Source: Antedon mediterranea (lineage: Eukaryota > Animalia > Echinodermata). From it: a stretch of DNA of 64,000 bases. Positions 37,901 through 52,900 of this stretch are shown here, one piece after another. A model generated the notes under the pieces. The model was not told the origin of the DNA. It was given only the letters and a program-made list of their open reading frames with translations, and searched no databases. A program made the translations under genes and the position numbers. Location: positions 13,251,432 to 13,315,431 of the forward strand of contig NC_092679.1 of NCBI RefSeq assembly GCF_964355755.1, written 5' to 3'. Each line of letters begins with the position of its first letter. The first letter of the stretch is position 1.

Positions 37901-40900
37901 TAACCCTGGGTTTCTATTCTTTGATTGTTTTTTAGGGTGGGTTACTATTAGAAGGGGTTTACTATTATTAGAGTAGTGGGTTACTATTCTTAAATTAGAC
38001 ACCTGAAAATAATAACCCCCCCCCCCCCCAAACTTTTCCGGTCAGCAACAAATAAATAAAACAGTATGAATAAACAAATTTGGTTGAACTCTAACTTTAT
38101 TTTATGAACTCAAAACACAACATAGGTGGGTTACTATTAGAGTGTGGGTTACTAATAGAAGATTGCAATCTGTGAATTAAATATAGAATGCTTCTCATTG
38201 GATAACTAAAGACCTCCCCACGGACTATGCAGCATACAATTGTCGCCACCAATAATTGATTTTACCCGAGAGAGCCGTCAACTTAGCCAAGATTGTCTAA
38301 ATACCAATTAATACAGACGAGCGGTAATGGTAGGAATAAAACAGTGTATCCATCCCAACCACTCATTTTGTGTAAATGGTCATAAGAAATAACATAGATT
38401 CTATATTTTCGTTTTCTGCTTCCCTTTAACGTTACCACTCGGCTGTGTACATATTTTTGTATAATCTTACGGATCTGACAAGCAATAAAGCATCACACGA
38501 GGTAAAATTGCTGTCCAGAATATTATTAATTAATATTGCTGCCATGAACTCCATATCATATGTCATAATTTATGGTTACGATAGAATCATTTTGACATGA
38601 TCCCTTATCCTTTAGACTAGATTTCTTACCTGAAGAATTTCAATAATTCTGCTCACTACAGCAACTCTTTCTTCAAAATTTTCTGCTTCCACGATACAGT
38701 GTTCTATCCAATAGATAAACTAACATAGAAAAAAAACAATGTTATAATTAAGATATGAATTATTTGAAATATAGTATACTGTACAATTACACTATGTACA
38801 ATTACACTAACTCGAGTGTAGTTAAGGACCCATATCTCATAACTATATATTTTTGCCGTTATGACAAAGTTTTATCGTATCGTATTGTATCATATCGTAT
38901 GTATAAAGAATTACTGAACTATATAAGCAAATTTATTCACTATCCTTCTTAAAGGTAAAAATCCCAGTTACATGACAAACATATACATAAGATGATCTAC
39001 ATAAACAAAGTCTTTGGTTTTGGGAGTGGATTTGAAAAATATTTGGACATGTGATGATGAAAAAGCTCTATAATAAGAAGTCATTTTTGGTAATTTACAT
39101 TCACTAGGCAGATCCTTTATTTTACTCTTTGTTAATGAATAAAATATTTTAGTGGAATTACACCATGAGATTGTGGCAATCTTCCAATACAAGTTGATAC
39201 AAAATACATTCCATAGAATTATTAATGATCTAGAGAATACAAATTATCCCCAGATGACTTTAGGTCTGTATCCACCAGACTAGAAAAAAGAGCTTTGCAT
39301 CATTGTAGATAAGATGACAAAAATGGACACATAACTACAAAACAAAGAAATGGACACCAAGTGAAAGACGAGGCTTGGTAAATAACTTACCATGTTAGAG
39401 TGCCTAATCATCTTCAAGAGGTTGGGAGATGTAACTTCTTTATCTTTCTTCATCCAAACAGTACCTACAAGTTCTGATGGTCTGACAGCTCGATAGAGGT
39501 CAGACTCAAGCAGCGTTAACTGCCGAGCTATCTCAATGGGGTGCAACTGTAAGATAAGTACATAGTGTATAGAAACAATCAAGCAAATAAAAATAGAAAA
39601 TACTTAAATATTTCAAAACACAGTAGAAAGGTGTTGTTGCTGTGACATAATAATATAGCATCTCTGGAGAAATTTAACCTTACCTGACATACTTAATTTG
39701 ACACTTAATTCAAAATACATACATATTTAGACTAGACTTAGTACAACTTAAGAGCACACACAAATATAAAATATTGGGGCTGGTTTTTGTGAGCTATAGA
39801 TACTAAGAATGAATGGCATTATTTTATGTTGAATATTCAAAAGCTAAAAGTTAGTATTTACCTGCATGAGTCCAAATTCATCAGAATTGCGAGTAAGATG
39901 CCATTCAATTGGAGGAGGTTCCCTATCAAATGTAATCTCACGAGGCAAGTCATTTGGCTACAGGAGAAAAAAAAACTAATTCAACATTTCAATAAAAAAA
40001 ATTACACTCCGAAATATTCGCTACATTCAAAGTATAAAAACCACTCATCCAATCATTTTGTTTAGTTTTAAATTTGCTGCTTCCATTTTGAATCAAATGG
40101 TAAAGCTTGGCAGAGCATAGACGGCGCACTCTCTATAGGTTGGTTTCTGGTCACGCATTATTCACAAGCCTATTGTATAACATCATTTTGATGAGCTGAC
40201 CATTGAATAGAACTTTACCTTTAATGAAAAAACCAATGCCATGTGATACAGAATAAATCAATGAAATGGCAAAGATATACTTTATTGGTGTGTTGTAATA
40301 GATAATAAATAAATATAATTTTGTTATTCGTAGGATGATGGGCTATTTTTTATTTATTAAACATGAATACCTCCATTCTACGTTCCACAATCTTCTTTAT
40401 TGATTCAACCCACTTGCGCATTGCCTTCTCCTTTATATCCTTTATAAACTCTGCATGCCTCTCTTGAAGTGAAGGATCTCGTTCAAAGTCATAGTAATGA
40501 TGATCTACCCAGTGACGGAATACATTCAGCACTCTGGGTTTGAGGAGAAAAAATATAAAGTTTATTTCCACAAATACAAAAATAAAGCTTTATTAAGTAA
40601 AAATATAATCACAATCAAAGTAAATGGCATTATTACTTTCATTTTTTAAACTTTTTCTACAGCCCTTTTCTCACTGGAAATTCATACCAGAATGAAGTAA
40701 CAGTCAGATCACCAAAGATCTATTCACATACTATTGGAATACAGACACTTTCAATACCGAACTCTCCAAAAACTGGAAACTCTCACAAAACCTAAAGGTC
40801 CCAAATTCATTTTTGCAGTTTAACACATTTCGAATACTAAACTTTCTAGGAAACCAGACATATTAGCCCAAACGTGTCCAATATTGGGAAAGAGAGACAG

Positions 40901-43900
40901 TTTATACTACATAACAAAAACAACAGAAAAATCCTTCACGGATACCGTTTGCTCAATAGATTTGACTGTACAGTGTTACACTTAAACATCACATTAAACA
41001 AACACAAGGTGGTAAAATATAACTACAGTCATTCACACACACATGTGCTGACGGTAAATATTCCAAGTAATATTACTAAGCAATCAGATGATCTTGCTGA
41101 TAACATTATTTGCCTGCATGGTCCTTTCAGATTGAAAAACTATACCGGCACAGTAAAACTGTGAAACAGGGGCTTACATAGCAATCACGATTATCTAGTT
41201 GATTGGCCAAAAACCTGAAAACATTTTAAACCTTATGTATAATTTATAGTGTATATAATTTATATAATAATATTTGAATTCAACTTGTTACCTGAGTTGT
41301 ATAGGTTGTGCATATTCTTTCCTGAACCGTTTCAGATCTTCACGCATATGATTCTTCTCCCTGTCTGTACTCCCTTTGTCTTGGTCTGGACTTACAGGAT
41401 CTTGAATTTTAAACGTGAATTTTATGTTAAGGCAATAAATAATTTAAATTAATATTTTTTTCAAATTTACACTTTTTCAAATGCAAATAATAAATAAATG
41501 TTGCACTTTTTTTAATCCTAAAACTGCAAAAGGATATCTCTCAATGAGTAGATCCATTAATATATGAGGTTGACAGAATGATCGATACGTCGTCAGGAAG
41601 GTGCGTACAAAAGATGGGTCAGCGTACGTATGATAGGTCAATCGTTCAATCAGTTTTAATAATGTACCACCCTTGATAACAGGCACACCTGATTGCGATT
41701 TCTGTCCTTCCTCAAACACTATGTTGAATTTTGTATCCTTATGAGCAAACCTATGAACAAACATACATTTAGATATTTAGTGTTAAAATTTAACCAATAA
41801 AATGCGGGACTGGATGGAAGACGTATTTAGGCCACAATTGGATCCAAGAAGGTGAAACATTTTCAAATGTATTTTCCCTCCCACGACAATTGTGGCAATT
41901 TTGATACACCACGTGTATTGATGCAGGCAATAGAAAAATATTGGATAAGAACATACATACAAATGCTCTCTATTATAACTATCGATATAAAATGAACATA
42001 AGTTTGAAGTTTTAAGGTGTTTATATTTAAAACAGAAAATTGCATGTAAAACATAGTTTTGTATGCAAAGTAAGCACTGTATTAGTATAAATAATATATC
42101 AATTTATTGGTATAGAGAAACTGACATCCTACTATTAGATCTGTGGGAGTTTTCATGGTACAATTTTTATTAACAATGAGGAAGATTATAAAATCTATGA
42201 AAATTAGAAAAGGTCAGCTGAATCAAAAATCCAATCCAGAATCTTTTTGAATATAATGAAATATGTACAGCAGTATTGTCAACTCGGGAAATTATGTTAA
42301 CTTTGAGGTCATTTTCAATAGTGTTCACGAAGGGCTACTAAATTCATAAATTATTCTACCTGTATTGGTCAACTGAAGGCAACCGTAAAGGTTGGTTCTT
42401 CTCTTCTTCAGCCAATATTGCATCCAACATCCTATCAAGAGTCCCTCTGTAAGATAATGTTGTTAATGCCTCCATCCAATTGCTCTTTTCTTCAGCTGTC
42501 TTTGCAAAGAACATGACAGGAGGTGACTGATCTCGTGAAACAATTTGAAAGCAGTTTTTCACATCTAAGAGATAGAAATAAATGACACGTTACAAACTGG
42601 CATATGACTCAAAATATGCTAAAGTGTTATAAAACTGTAACACAGAGGTCAATTTTTCATCTTTAACCTTTTTTTTTTTTTATAACCTGAAATTGTTGAG
42701 TAAAAACATATCTTTCAGGCAATACTAAAAAAAAGATAAGTCACTGAACATGAACTTCAAAAAATGTATTTTAATTTAATTGGTGTAGCAATTGCGTGTG
42801 TTAGTTTTGACGGACAAAATGTTGTTGTTTTTCTTGAACAAATAATAAAATTATCATAACTATGTCTTATAATTTATTTAATTATGTTTAATATACTACA
42901 TTTCAAAGTATAAATGCGGAAAAAAAATTTCTCAATAATCACATAAAAGTGTTTTTGTCTTTAAAAAATTAGCATGCAATTGGTGAAAATTTATTATGCC
43001 GTTTTAATTGTACTTTAATCACTGTAAATCCTTTGGTTATTAACTATTCTTGATAGAATGGCAGAAAGTCATAATGGCAAAATGTTTTATGAGGAAAAAT
43101 AATATCAAATGGCATATCTTTGAAAATAATGACATTATTTGAGGTGTACTTGCGTGTGTTAGTTTGACAGACACTACGCTTGCGTGTGTTAGTTTGACAG
43201 ACGAAGCTGTGGGTGTGGGTGTGTGTGTTGTCTGGAAAACACTATTGGGCATGTAGTTTGAGAAAAAAAATGATAAGAGTACACTTTAGGTGTGAAGGTT
43301 GGCTATTTATTAAAAATTACCAATATTTTAATAAAATCCAAATACCGTTATGTAATCTCCGACATACAGTAATTTTCACTTGGCAAATTCAACTACCGGT
43401 ATACAATACTTGCATGTATAAAAACACAACTAATGTCATCAAAATGGTTTGAAATATTTAAATTGAAAATTAATCTGAAACAATTATCTTAATTGCCTAA
43501 TTATTATACAGTCAACATGAAAACGTGCATGATGCATAAATAGAACATCTTTCTCTATACAATTTTGAATGGACGGCACCTCTTGAATTAGTTTTCGGGG
43601 TTGGTGAGCCCTTATTTATCTCTTCTATTTTTACTTTTATTTTTAAAACCATTCTGAAAATACAGCAAGTACAGAAAAAAATATTAATTTTGTATTTATT
43701 TTATTAATATTTTTATTTATTATATTAGTAAATCTATATGTTTTATTTATTTAATATTTCTTTAAATATTTTTATTTATGTTAGTAGGCCTACATTTGAT
43801 TTATTCTTTTATATTTTAATTTGTTTTATTTCTATTTGTTTTAATTTAGTATACTTAATTATTATTGAGTTAATACTAATTAAATAGCCTGTTAGTTACT

Positions 43901-46900
43901 TAACTATATTTTTATTATAGGTATTAATATTTATAGTATCTATTTATTTATAATTATATTGGAATAAATTTTATACTTCAAAATTATTTTACCATGCTAA
44001 TCATCAACACACAAAATGAAACTAAATTGTTTAATTCCATTAAATTTTTTTTTTTATGAAGTATAAAAGCTATTAAAATACGCTATTTGTAATTGAAATG
44101 AAATACACGATCTGCCAAATCCTTATATACACGGCCGCCGTCCGTCAAATATAACGCACGTGTTCGCCAGCGCTCCTCCGGAGACGGAATACCAGCGATT
44201 GCTACTTGTTTGAAGTATAGGCTTAGGCCTAGTTATAAAACCTAGGAATTACATGTATTAAAACTTGAAAAGAACATTCCATGATATTAAAATTAACTAA
44301 AATCTAACCAATAAATATGTCAAGGCCTAACGCACGGAAGAAATATCTGTCAAATATAACGCACGATTTAGAAAGGTCAGTCAAAACACTGAGCAAATTA
44401 GCCTAGGCGTGTGCCTATCGCTGTCGCTTGAGACAGTTCGCCCTAATAGCCGTACCGAGGTAATTATTAGGCCTAAAATACCATTAGAATTAAATATATA
44501 AAGCCTAAACTATGTATTTATGTTCTAAATGTATTTATTTATGATTTCTAATAATGTTAAGTACTTACGTGCGTTATATCTTGCGTGCGTTATATTTTTG
44601 ACAGAAACTAGTTTTCGTTGTTTAGCGACGCAAGTTTACATTCTGTGAAGAATTTTTGCAGCGGGAAGCCATCGCGGGAGCTATATTTGTAGGCTGCCAT
44701 GTAGTATCGTCTGTTTGCTCATTCTCGGCGGTAATGACAGGAAAACATTGCGTGCGTTAGTTTTTGACAGACAATGGTGACATTTTTTTTAAATCGGGAT
44801 TTATATACAATTAAATTACATAACATTTAAAATCTGATGCATTATATAGAGTAAACATATCCTTGAATTGTTTAACATTTTGGTTTTCGTATTGCCGTTG
44901 TTCTAGGCCTAACCCAGCCTAGGCCTAGTCAAACTTGATTGTTGACGGACACAGTAACGCACGTCAGCACAAGCAAAGATATTAATTTATTATACAAAAA
45001 TAAAATATTGTGGTGTCAATATATTGATTTTATTTATTGTTTATACATGTACTTCCAATATCCCAATCAATATTTTTTATTATACTTCACAATTATCAAA
45101 TATAAATTGGATTATGAAGTGACACTCAAAATGTTACAAATTCATGGTGTGAGAATAGGCCATTATCACAACAAATTTGAAATTTAAAAAAAAAATAGTG
45201 GGTGGAGTGAAATGAAACTGTGTAAGTTATACCGTTGCATGTTAAACTATCTATTAATTCCCTACACATATTAGTGTATAGTATATAATATTTTTTATAA
45301 ATACAAATTAAAATGGCATTTTATGTAACACCTTAGCATATTTTGACTCATATACAATTGGCTGATTGCTAAAGCCATATTGGGAGTACCTCAATAACCA
45401 ACTTTGGTAAGAATGTTATTAATTTCCGATGACTAGAATTCATTAAAACTAGTTAAAAATATGTAATAAAATGAGTGTAATGTTATGGAATTAGCACCTT
45501 TTTTTATATGATATAAAAATGCCTAAATGTATTATACATTTAAACATTAAGAAAAAACGTTCTGTAATGCCACTTTTTAAATAACTGCTATTTTACAATC
45601 TGCTTCAGCAGAATGGAAACTACACATACCTTCAGTGTCCTCTTTATCGACAACATTAATTTTCCTAATGACATAGCATTCTTTAAAACGATACTCTGCC
45701 GGTGTACTCGTCACAGACCTTCTTGTATTTAATTTCACACAAACCATCATCGCATCAAATAGATAAACATGTCTTTCCGTCATCTTGAAGTTGAAAGAAA
45801 TAGATCAAGAATACAAAGTTGAGAATCTTTACTAAAACTTTACTTTACAGTACGACTCCTATTAAACGGACAGCTTCAGGACACAACAGCTTCCACCCTA
45901 AAAGGGTTGGCCATAGTATTAAAAGATACTTCCCCTCGTTTGTTTCACAGGAATGTGTGATAATTAATAGCAATGTCCAATGTATTTTCTTTTAAGGAAT
46001 CACATGGTATATCACAAACCTGAAGTTACTAGTGTTTATTCGCCAATGCCAAGAATAATAAGTGCATGCTTTATGTCACAGGAAGATGTAAATGATGAAC
46101 CAACTCCAAATGGATATCCAAATGGGTAGGGGTATATTATTTAGCAAAATATATTTTTATGGATCTACATATTAACTTAAATAGTGCAAGAAAAAGTTAT
46201 TATGGTATATATAAATAATTACTTACCCTTTTGCCTACCCTCCCTAGATTCCCCTCCATAATAAATTCATTACACACACTACATATGTCTTTGCCTTCAA
46301 ACCCCTCAATGCTCTTTTGAATATTGTTCATCCTTTTTACACTTTCTTGCTTAGCTGCACTTCTCCTCTGTAGTCTCATAAACGAACCCCTGTTGTCAAA
46401 AAAAAGACATTGTTATTAGAAGAACGCAAGAAGCAAAATTCATGGATTCTAATTGTACAAAATCTGAATCAGACAAACACAAAATGGATCATATACAGAC
46501 TCATAGCAACAATTTGTCAGCAAGAGTTTTCATACACACATAAACACACAAGTTTGTTTTAGTAGCAAAATAAATCTACTAAATATACTGTATTACCCAA
46601 GTTAGTGTTAAAGAGCTTGAAAGATCAATCACAATATAGAGTTAAAATAACTTTTCTTTTATTTTTATTTTAACTACTTTTAGACTTTTTCAAAATTGTA
46701 GCTTCCAAGTAAATTATTATTTACAGAGACATGATGTGGAACACAACTTCAATACAACTAAGTTAAGTTTTATTCAAGTTTTCACAAATATCAAAAGTTT
46801 GCAAACAAAAAGAAAGAACTTCCTCTTATTGCTTCTGCAACAGACCTAAGCTGGGAGATTTTGGGTAACAGAGCATTTTGGTAATGAAAAAGAAACACCT

Positions 46901-49900
46901 AACACCCTCCTCCTCCCCATATGCATTATTAAGTGTGTGGTACCAAAACTGAAGAATTGATGTAAATTAAGTAGTAACTTCATTTTCAATCTGATTTTAA
47001 AAGAATGTCGTTTAATAAGTATTTCATATTTTCGAAAGAAATGACACTGACATACCCTGATCGCCTCTTTGGTAAACCGCCAACACATATCCTCTCAAGT
47101 TCAGTTTGAACCGCCATTAGTGCCCCAGATGCCTGAAAACACAACATCAACATTAAATTTAAAACATCAGAATCAATCAAGTTGCCATCAAACAAGTTAA
47201 CATTCTGTTATCAAGTTTTGACAAACAACAAGTACATTTAACAAGCCAACCATGGACACCCTTTCCCTTTAATGTTCGGTTTTTACAAATATTCTTTGAA
47301 AAAGTGTTTTTTGGAAAGAATTTAGGACCATTTAATTTGTTTAGGTTTTAATTTACTCAATCAAAGAAATTCATTTTGTATAAAAAAATCCTTCCTACCG
47401 TATAAACTTTATGCGGTAGATAGTAAACTAATAAGCTTCGGTGACTAACCCCAAACTCTACAATTGGGGTAGCCACAGAAGCTATCACAATATTAATTTA
47501 GTTAACTCAAAGACGTAATAATAATTAACTAGAGAGTCAGCTAAAAAAAACCATCATCATTGAAAGGGCCATACGACATTACCCAATCAGATGCACCAGT
47601 TTGAAGAACTCACTGCTTGTTCGCATCATACACTGTTGGCTAGATGACTCTCTAATTAATTATGTAACCTCTTTGACTCAAATAAAAATCTGTTGTCTTA
47701 GCAGAAGTTAAAATCAGAGGTTAGCAAGGTGAAACAATAATATGATTAAAGTGCTAAACAAAAACAATTGAAAATTGTTGATTATGTAAGTTTTGCATTG
47801 CTCAAATTCTCATTCTATAATATTTGTATGATTCAATTTTTCTTATTGACAGCATTTATAGGTTTTAGTTGCATAAGCTTTTACCAGTGTGGTTTTGTTG
47901 CATTGTTCATCAAAACCTACCTAATTACATAAATATACCCTTAATAGGTTATATTTAGCATTAGTGCATCCTAATCATTTTTCTATGTTAATGTCTATAT
48001 AGCATGTGATAATTATACCGCGTCTAATATTTAGCTAGCGCCTTATAGCATAAATTACATTTTGGCTTAGAAATCTTGGTGCATAGTGTTATTATATGGC
48101 AGTTGATTAACTGAAAAGATACAAATTTGTCAACAAAAATCATGCAAGAACAAAATCAGCATTAAATAAAACATTGTTGCAAAGGGGTAGTTATACCTAC
48201 CGGTAGGCAATAACTCCCGACTAATATTTATACAATGAAGATTTAAAATGTTGCGTAAATTGACCATGCTATATATACCAAGTTTGTTTCCATCTCTTAA
48301 GATCAAACATGCGATGTATTTTTGGCTACTGTTAGTAGCATACAGTTTTATTCTAAGCAGGTTTATTATAGAATTATCAGGTATGGCTAGCAATTAACTT
48401 TAGGCATGTTTAGAATCAGAATCTGTTCAAACCCAAATAGTCTAATACCAAGCATTTAGGCATTTATTCCTATGGACTACTATTAGAAGTCATAATATAC
48501 AAATAATGAATGTTTAATAGTGCGTACTATTGCACGCCATGTGACCCACAATCGTCCAATCAAATGACAGGAATTTATTTAGGTGTTATATAATAAACAA
48601 TATTCATTACTGACTTAAAAAAAAGGTTTGTTTGCTGTTATGTTAAGTAAAGTACACAAAGTACATTTTTAAAAGGAGGGACAATTTTCTTTCCCCACGT
48701 TCTTAAAACTTCTAAGACATAGAAATTGAAGCTATAGTGAAATTATAACAAAGTTTTGAAAATGAAAAAACATTAATAGAGTAGAACCGTAAAAGGAGGA
48801 TACCTTTTGGACTTGTAGGATTTTTGGACAGCAAACAGACACTTTTGTTTAGGTCTAAGTCCATAAACTATTATTAGTAATAATACATTAGTGCATATAT
48901 TTAGGTGTAGCTATCAACAATATACATATTAGGACCTCTATTAGATAATTACTTGATAATGACAAATTAGTTATTTGTTATAAAGAAATATTATGTTAAA
49001 TTCTAAAGCCATAGTACCTGGTTAATAATAGCCCTTTTATTAGCACAAGTACTGACTATGACAAAATTGGCCAATTCGTGTTCAAACACCAAGCATATAA
49101 TAAATGATAATGACAGTTGAAAATGAGGTAAACAAAAAGCATATTAAAAATAATAGGTGATACAAACCACAGCATTCTAACATAAAGAAAAAATAGAAAA
49201 CAGCAAGCACATACCAACATGCTAAAAATGCATACTTAAACAAATAAATACAGAATAAAAAATAATATATTTAAAAAAAAAAACAAAAAAAAAAAACACC
49301 AAGATAAAAAAGAGGGGACACGAAAAGCCTCAAAACACGGAGAGAGATTATTTTTTTGATGACAGACCCTGTAGTCTTAGGAAATGCTTTTAGTTTAATT
49401 TTTTTTCTCCCAGTTTATTTAAAAAGTCCGCAGGAAAATGAGGCAGTCCATTTGTGAAAACAAGAGTGAAGTGATATGAGTTAGCTATTAAACATGATTA
49501 TTAATAATTGATTTTTGTTAGTTTCCTTCAGATTTGTCACATTTCAGGTGTGTCAGACAATGGAATGAATTAGTGCACATAGGTTGAGTACTACACTCAA
49601 TAAGAGGGTGGCCACAATCAGAGGACGTGCTGAATCCGAGGGCGACTAAAATTGCGCAATGTCAAACGTATAAATTTATCCACAATTGATTGCACCCCGA
49701 CTGGAAGGGATCACCCTCAGATATTTGAGTGCAGTTTTAGGTGGGCCTAAGTAAGTTAAGGGTTGTCTGCATTTGGTACCTGTTTAAGGCTTTCTTTGTC
49801 TTCCTCGTTGGGAGAAGTTTTCAGCAACAACTGAAAGAGACGAAAGAAATGGTAAAAAATACTACTACCACACATACAGGGATCTACCGTATAAATTTGA

Positions 49901-52900
49901 ATCAATACCCATGGGGTGTTTTGGAAGGTGGTTTATTCGAGGAAGATCGATAATCAGTTGGTGAATACTTTCAAATTGTCTGCAGTTACATAAAATTTTC
50001 GTACACTTATTACATAATTTCAAGATAGCACTGTGATTTTAGTTGCTAGATATAAGATGAAATAAATGCCCGGGCATTTTGAAGAAAGAAATTCTTTTAA
50101 GCGACAGGTTAATCCAGTAGAATGCTTAAATCAAGAAAAAGAATTTATTCAAATAAATACGGTATACAGTCCAACTTAAAGCACAGGACTACAAATAATA
50201 TGGCACAGACGAATACTCGGGTGGTGTAAAATAATGGACACATACGTTAAAAAGGGGTTAAAGGTCATGGCAGCAAAGTACATTTTCATGCATATTGTGA
50301 CAACTTCTAAATTATTTTTCAGACAACTTTATTAATCTGGTATAAATAAGGTAAATTTGCTGTTGTACGCAATAATAAAAAAATATGAATCAATTGTTAA
50401 AATGACATCACATTTTTATTGCAGGAAGCTAAACATGATACTTGTTATTAAAATTCATACAGTAAATAAAAAATTATTCAAATATATTAAAATAAGAACA
50501 ATTTTAATATCTTTAATATATCTACTTTTTCTCAAGCAGACATACTGAAAATCCAATTTTAAACACAAATAGCATTGCATTTAAAAAATGTATTCACTAC
50601 ATTCTGTTCTCTTTCAAGTATGAATTTTAGTATAGTATAAATAGAGTCACTTTTATAAACAGATAGTACTAAATTAATATAAAGAAAACAATAAATTTAA
50701 AATAATACTAAATAGGTATTAAAATAAATTTGCTGGAAACAAAATCCCTTTTTTTTTTTATGTAGAAAACTCTAATAAAATGGATTTAATAAATCAAATT
50801 TAGGAATTATCACTATAGGCTTGATATTGATGATACTGAGAAATTTTTTCATGATATTTCTAATCTGGTTTTCCATAAAAAAAATTCTTACAGTATATGA
50901 TAGAAAGCTTGTTTAAGTCTTACAAAGACTTGGATAAAGGGTATTTTAAACACTAAAAACTTAAAAAGTCTTTGCCAGTTGACTTCAAAGCCAATAAAAT
51001 GATTGATACATTAAGATGTGCCTGCATTGATCTCGCGTCTACTGTGTAGTAGCCTAGGGCTAGGTTAGGTGTATTCGCTTTGTCAAAAAATTGAAATATT
51101 TAAGGTAAGTACATTCAACACCCTTCACTGTCTGTTAACTCTTCGTCTATTTCGTTTAACATCTCAAAATCGATTGGCTACCAATGAGGTTTCTTGATGA
51201 GTGCGAGACATATACATAGCCTACTGTATTATTTAGGGAAATAATTGAGGCATAGTAAATTGACAGTGGTAGTGTCAAAGGGATTTTGAACTATTCACCC
51301 AGAAAACGCCCAAAAACATAAATAGCAATACATAACAAAGTACACAGACAAAACAATACAATTAGTACTACTAAAATACACACTAGTTCTACAGACCAAT
51401 GAAAAATAATGCAAATACAATAAACCATATGAAGAAAAAAGACACAAAAAAAAGAAAAATAAACAAAAAGAAAAAAGAAACATCCTAATATACAGTACTT
51501 CAAAGTTGGTAGAATGTATGAATTTAATATTTTTTAAATTCCAGTAATTCAATATTCCGTGTTATGATTAAAATAGGTTTCACTTAACATTCCTAATTAG
51601 ACATTGAAGTTAACAACATTTTATTTAAATTTGTTACATTACAGTACAAGTTTAAAAAGACATTTAGTAATCTACATTAACTACAGTACTCTTCTGTTCT
51701 TGCAGTCTTTTATCATGTCCACAACATACTGAGTTCCGTTGCTGCTTTGAATTGTCTACCTTGTGGTGCTAATGTTGAGTGGTAAATGTAGTCACTTGAA
51801 GGGCTAGCCTTATACACCTAAACCACTTTAGCTAAGTTTAAGTTGAGGTCAGAAAAATGGTTAAATATAAATGTGAATGAGGAGAAGAATAGCCAGTGTC
51901 TTGCAGCGTAACTTGGCCACATACAACAACTTTCATCTTTCCTAAGAGTCCTTTGTGTTGAGTAGTCAGTCACACAACGACAGAGGTCCAGATGGATCAG
52001 AACATCGGGGAAACCCCAACTCTTCATGAACAATTTATACATCGGACCTCCAGTTTTAAGTGCTTATCCAAGAAAATGTTCTCTGACCACCATCAATTTT
52101 ATGGCTATATGCTGTGGTGCCTTATCTGATAGGCCACTCGAATGTAAATGCAATGATTCAAATGTTGAAAGTTACTTTTCAAACGGACCATTTCGGTCAA
52201 AATAATTATAAAATATACATGACATTAGGGAGCTTTCGATTTGCTACGACTGGGGACCAGCGAACAACGTAGGTCAGGTCAATCAATGAGGGACCTAGAA
52301 CCATCAAAGCTATGTCGAGGTGAGGAGAGAGTACACACATCCCATTATTCTTGCACAATGAATTACCATTTGGTCGTTGGTCAGTCCATATCAAAAGCTC
52401 TCTATACCCTTTGAATGTTTTTCTCAAAACTGGATGAGAAAGTATACCATTAGAGATGACACGATACAATGACAAATAATAGATTCATTTGGAAATTGAA
52501 AATTATCAGTGTATTGGTAATTAGTTCACTATATTGTAGTATTTTATTAACTCCAGACAACTGCATTCATCTTTGTCTATTAAAACCAGGTGTCATATTT
52601 ACAAAAAAAAAAAAATCTTGATTCAAAATATGTATATAATAAGCATCAGTATCATAGTAAAAATTTGCATTTAACCAGACCAACAATAACATACGGACAT
52701 CAAAAGAATAATCTACACACTTACAAATTTAAAAAAGTAACAAACAAAATTTACTCTTTAAAAAAATCACAATAAAAGTAGAATCATGCATATAGAATTA
52801 TTTAGAGGCATACCTTTAATGTATCAAAGTAATGATAACAGTGATAAATTGGTTCCAGTAGCAGCTTAGGTAACACATATGCTACAGCATCTTTGAAACC

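Noticed and set aside
51291-51552. Hydrophobic Phe/Cys-rich ORFs as membrane proteins
   Set aside because: Translation of T-rich low-complexity intron sequence.
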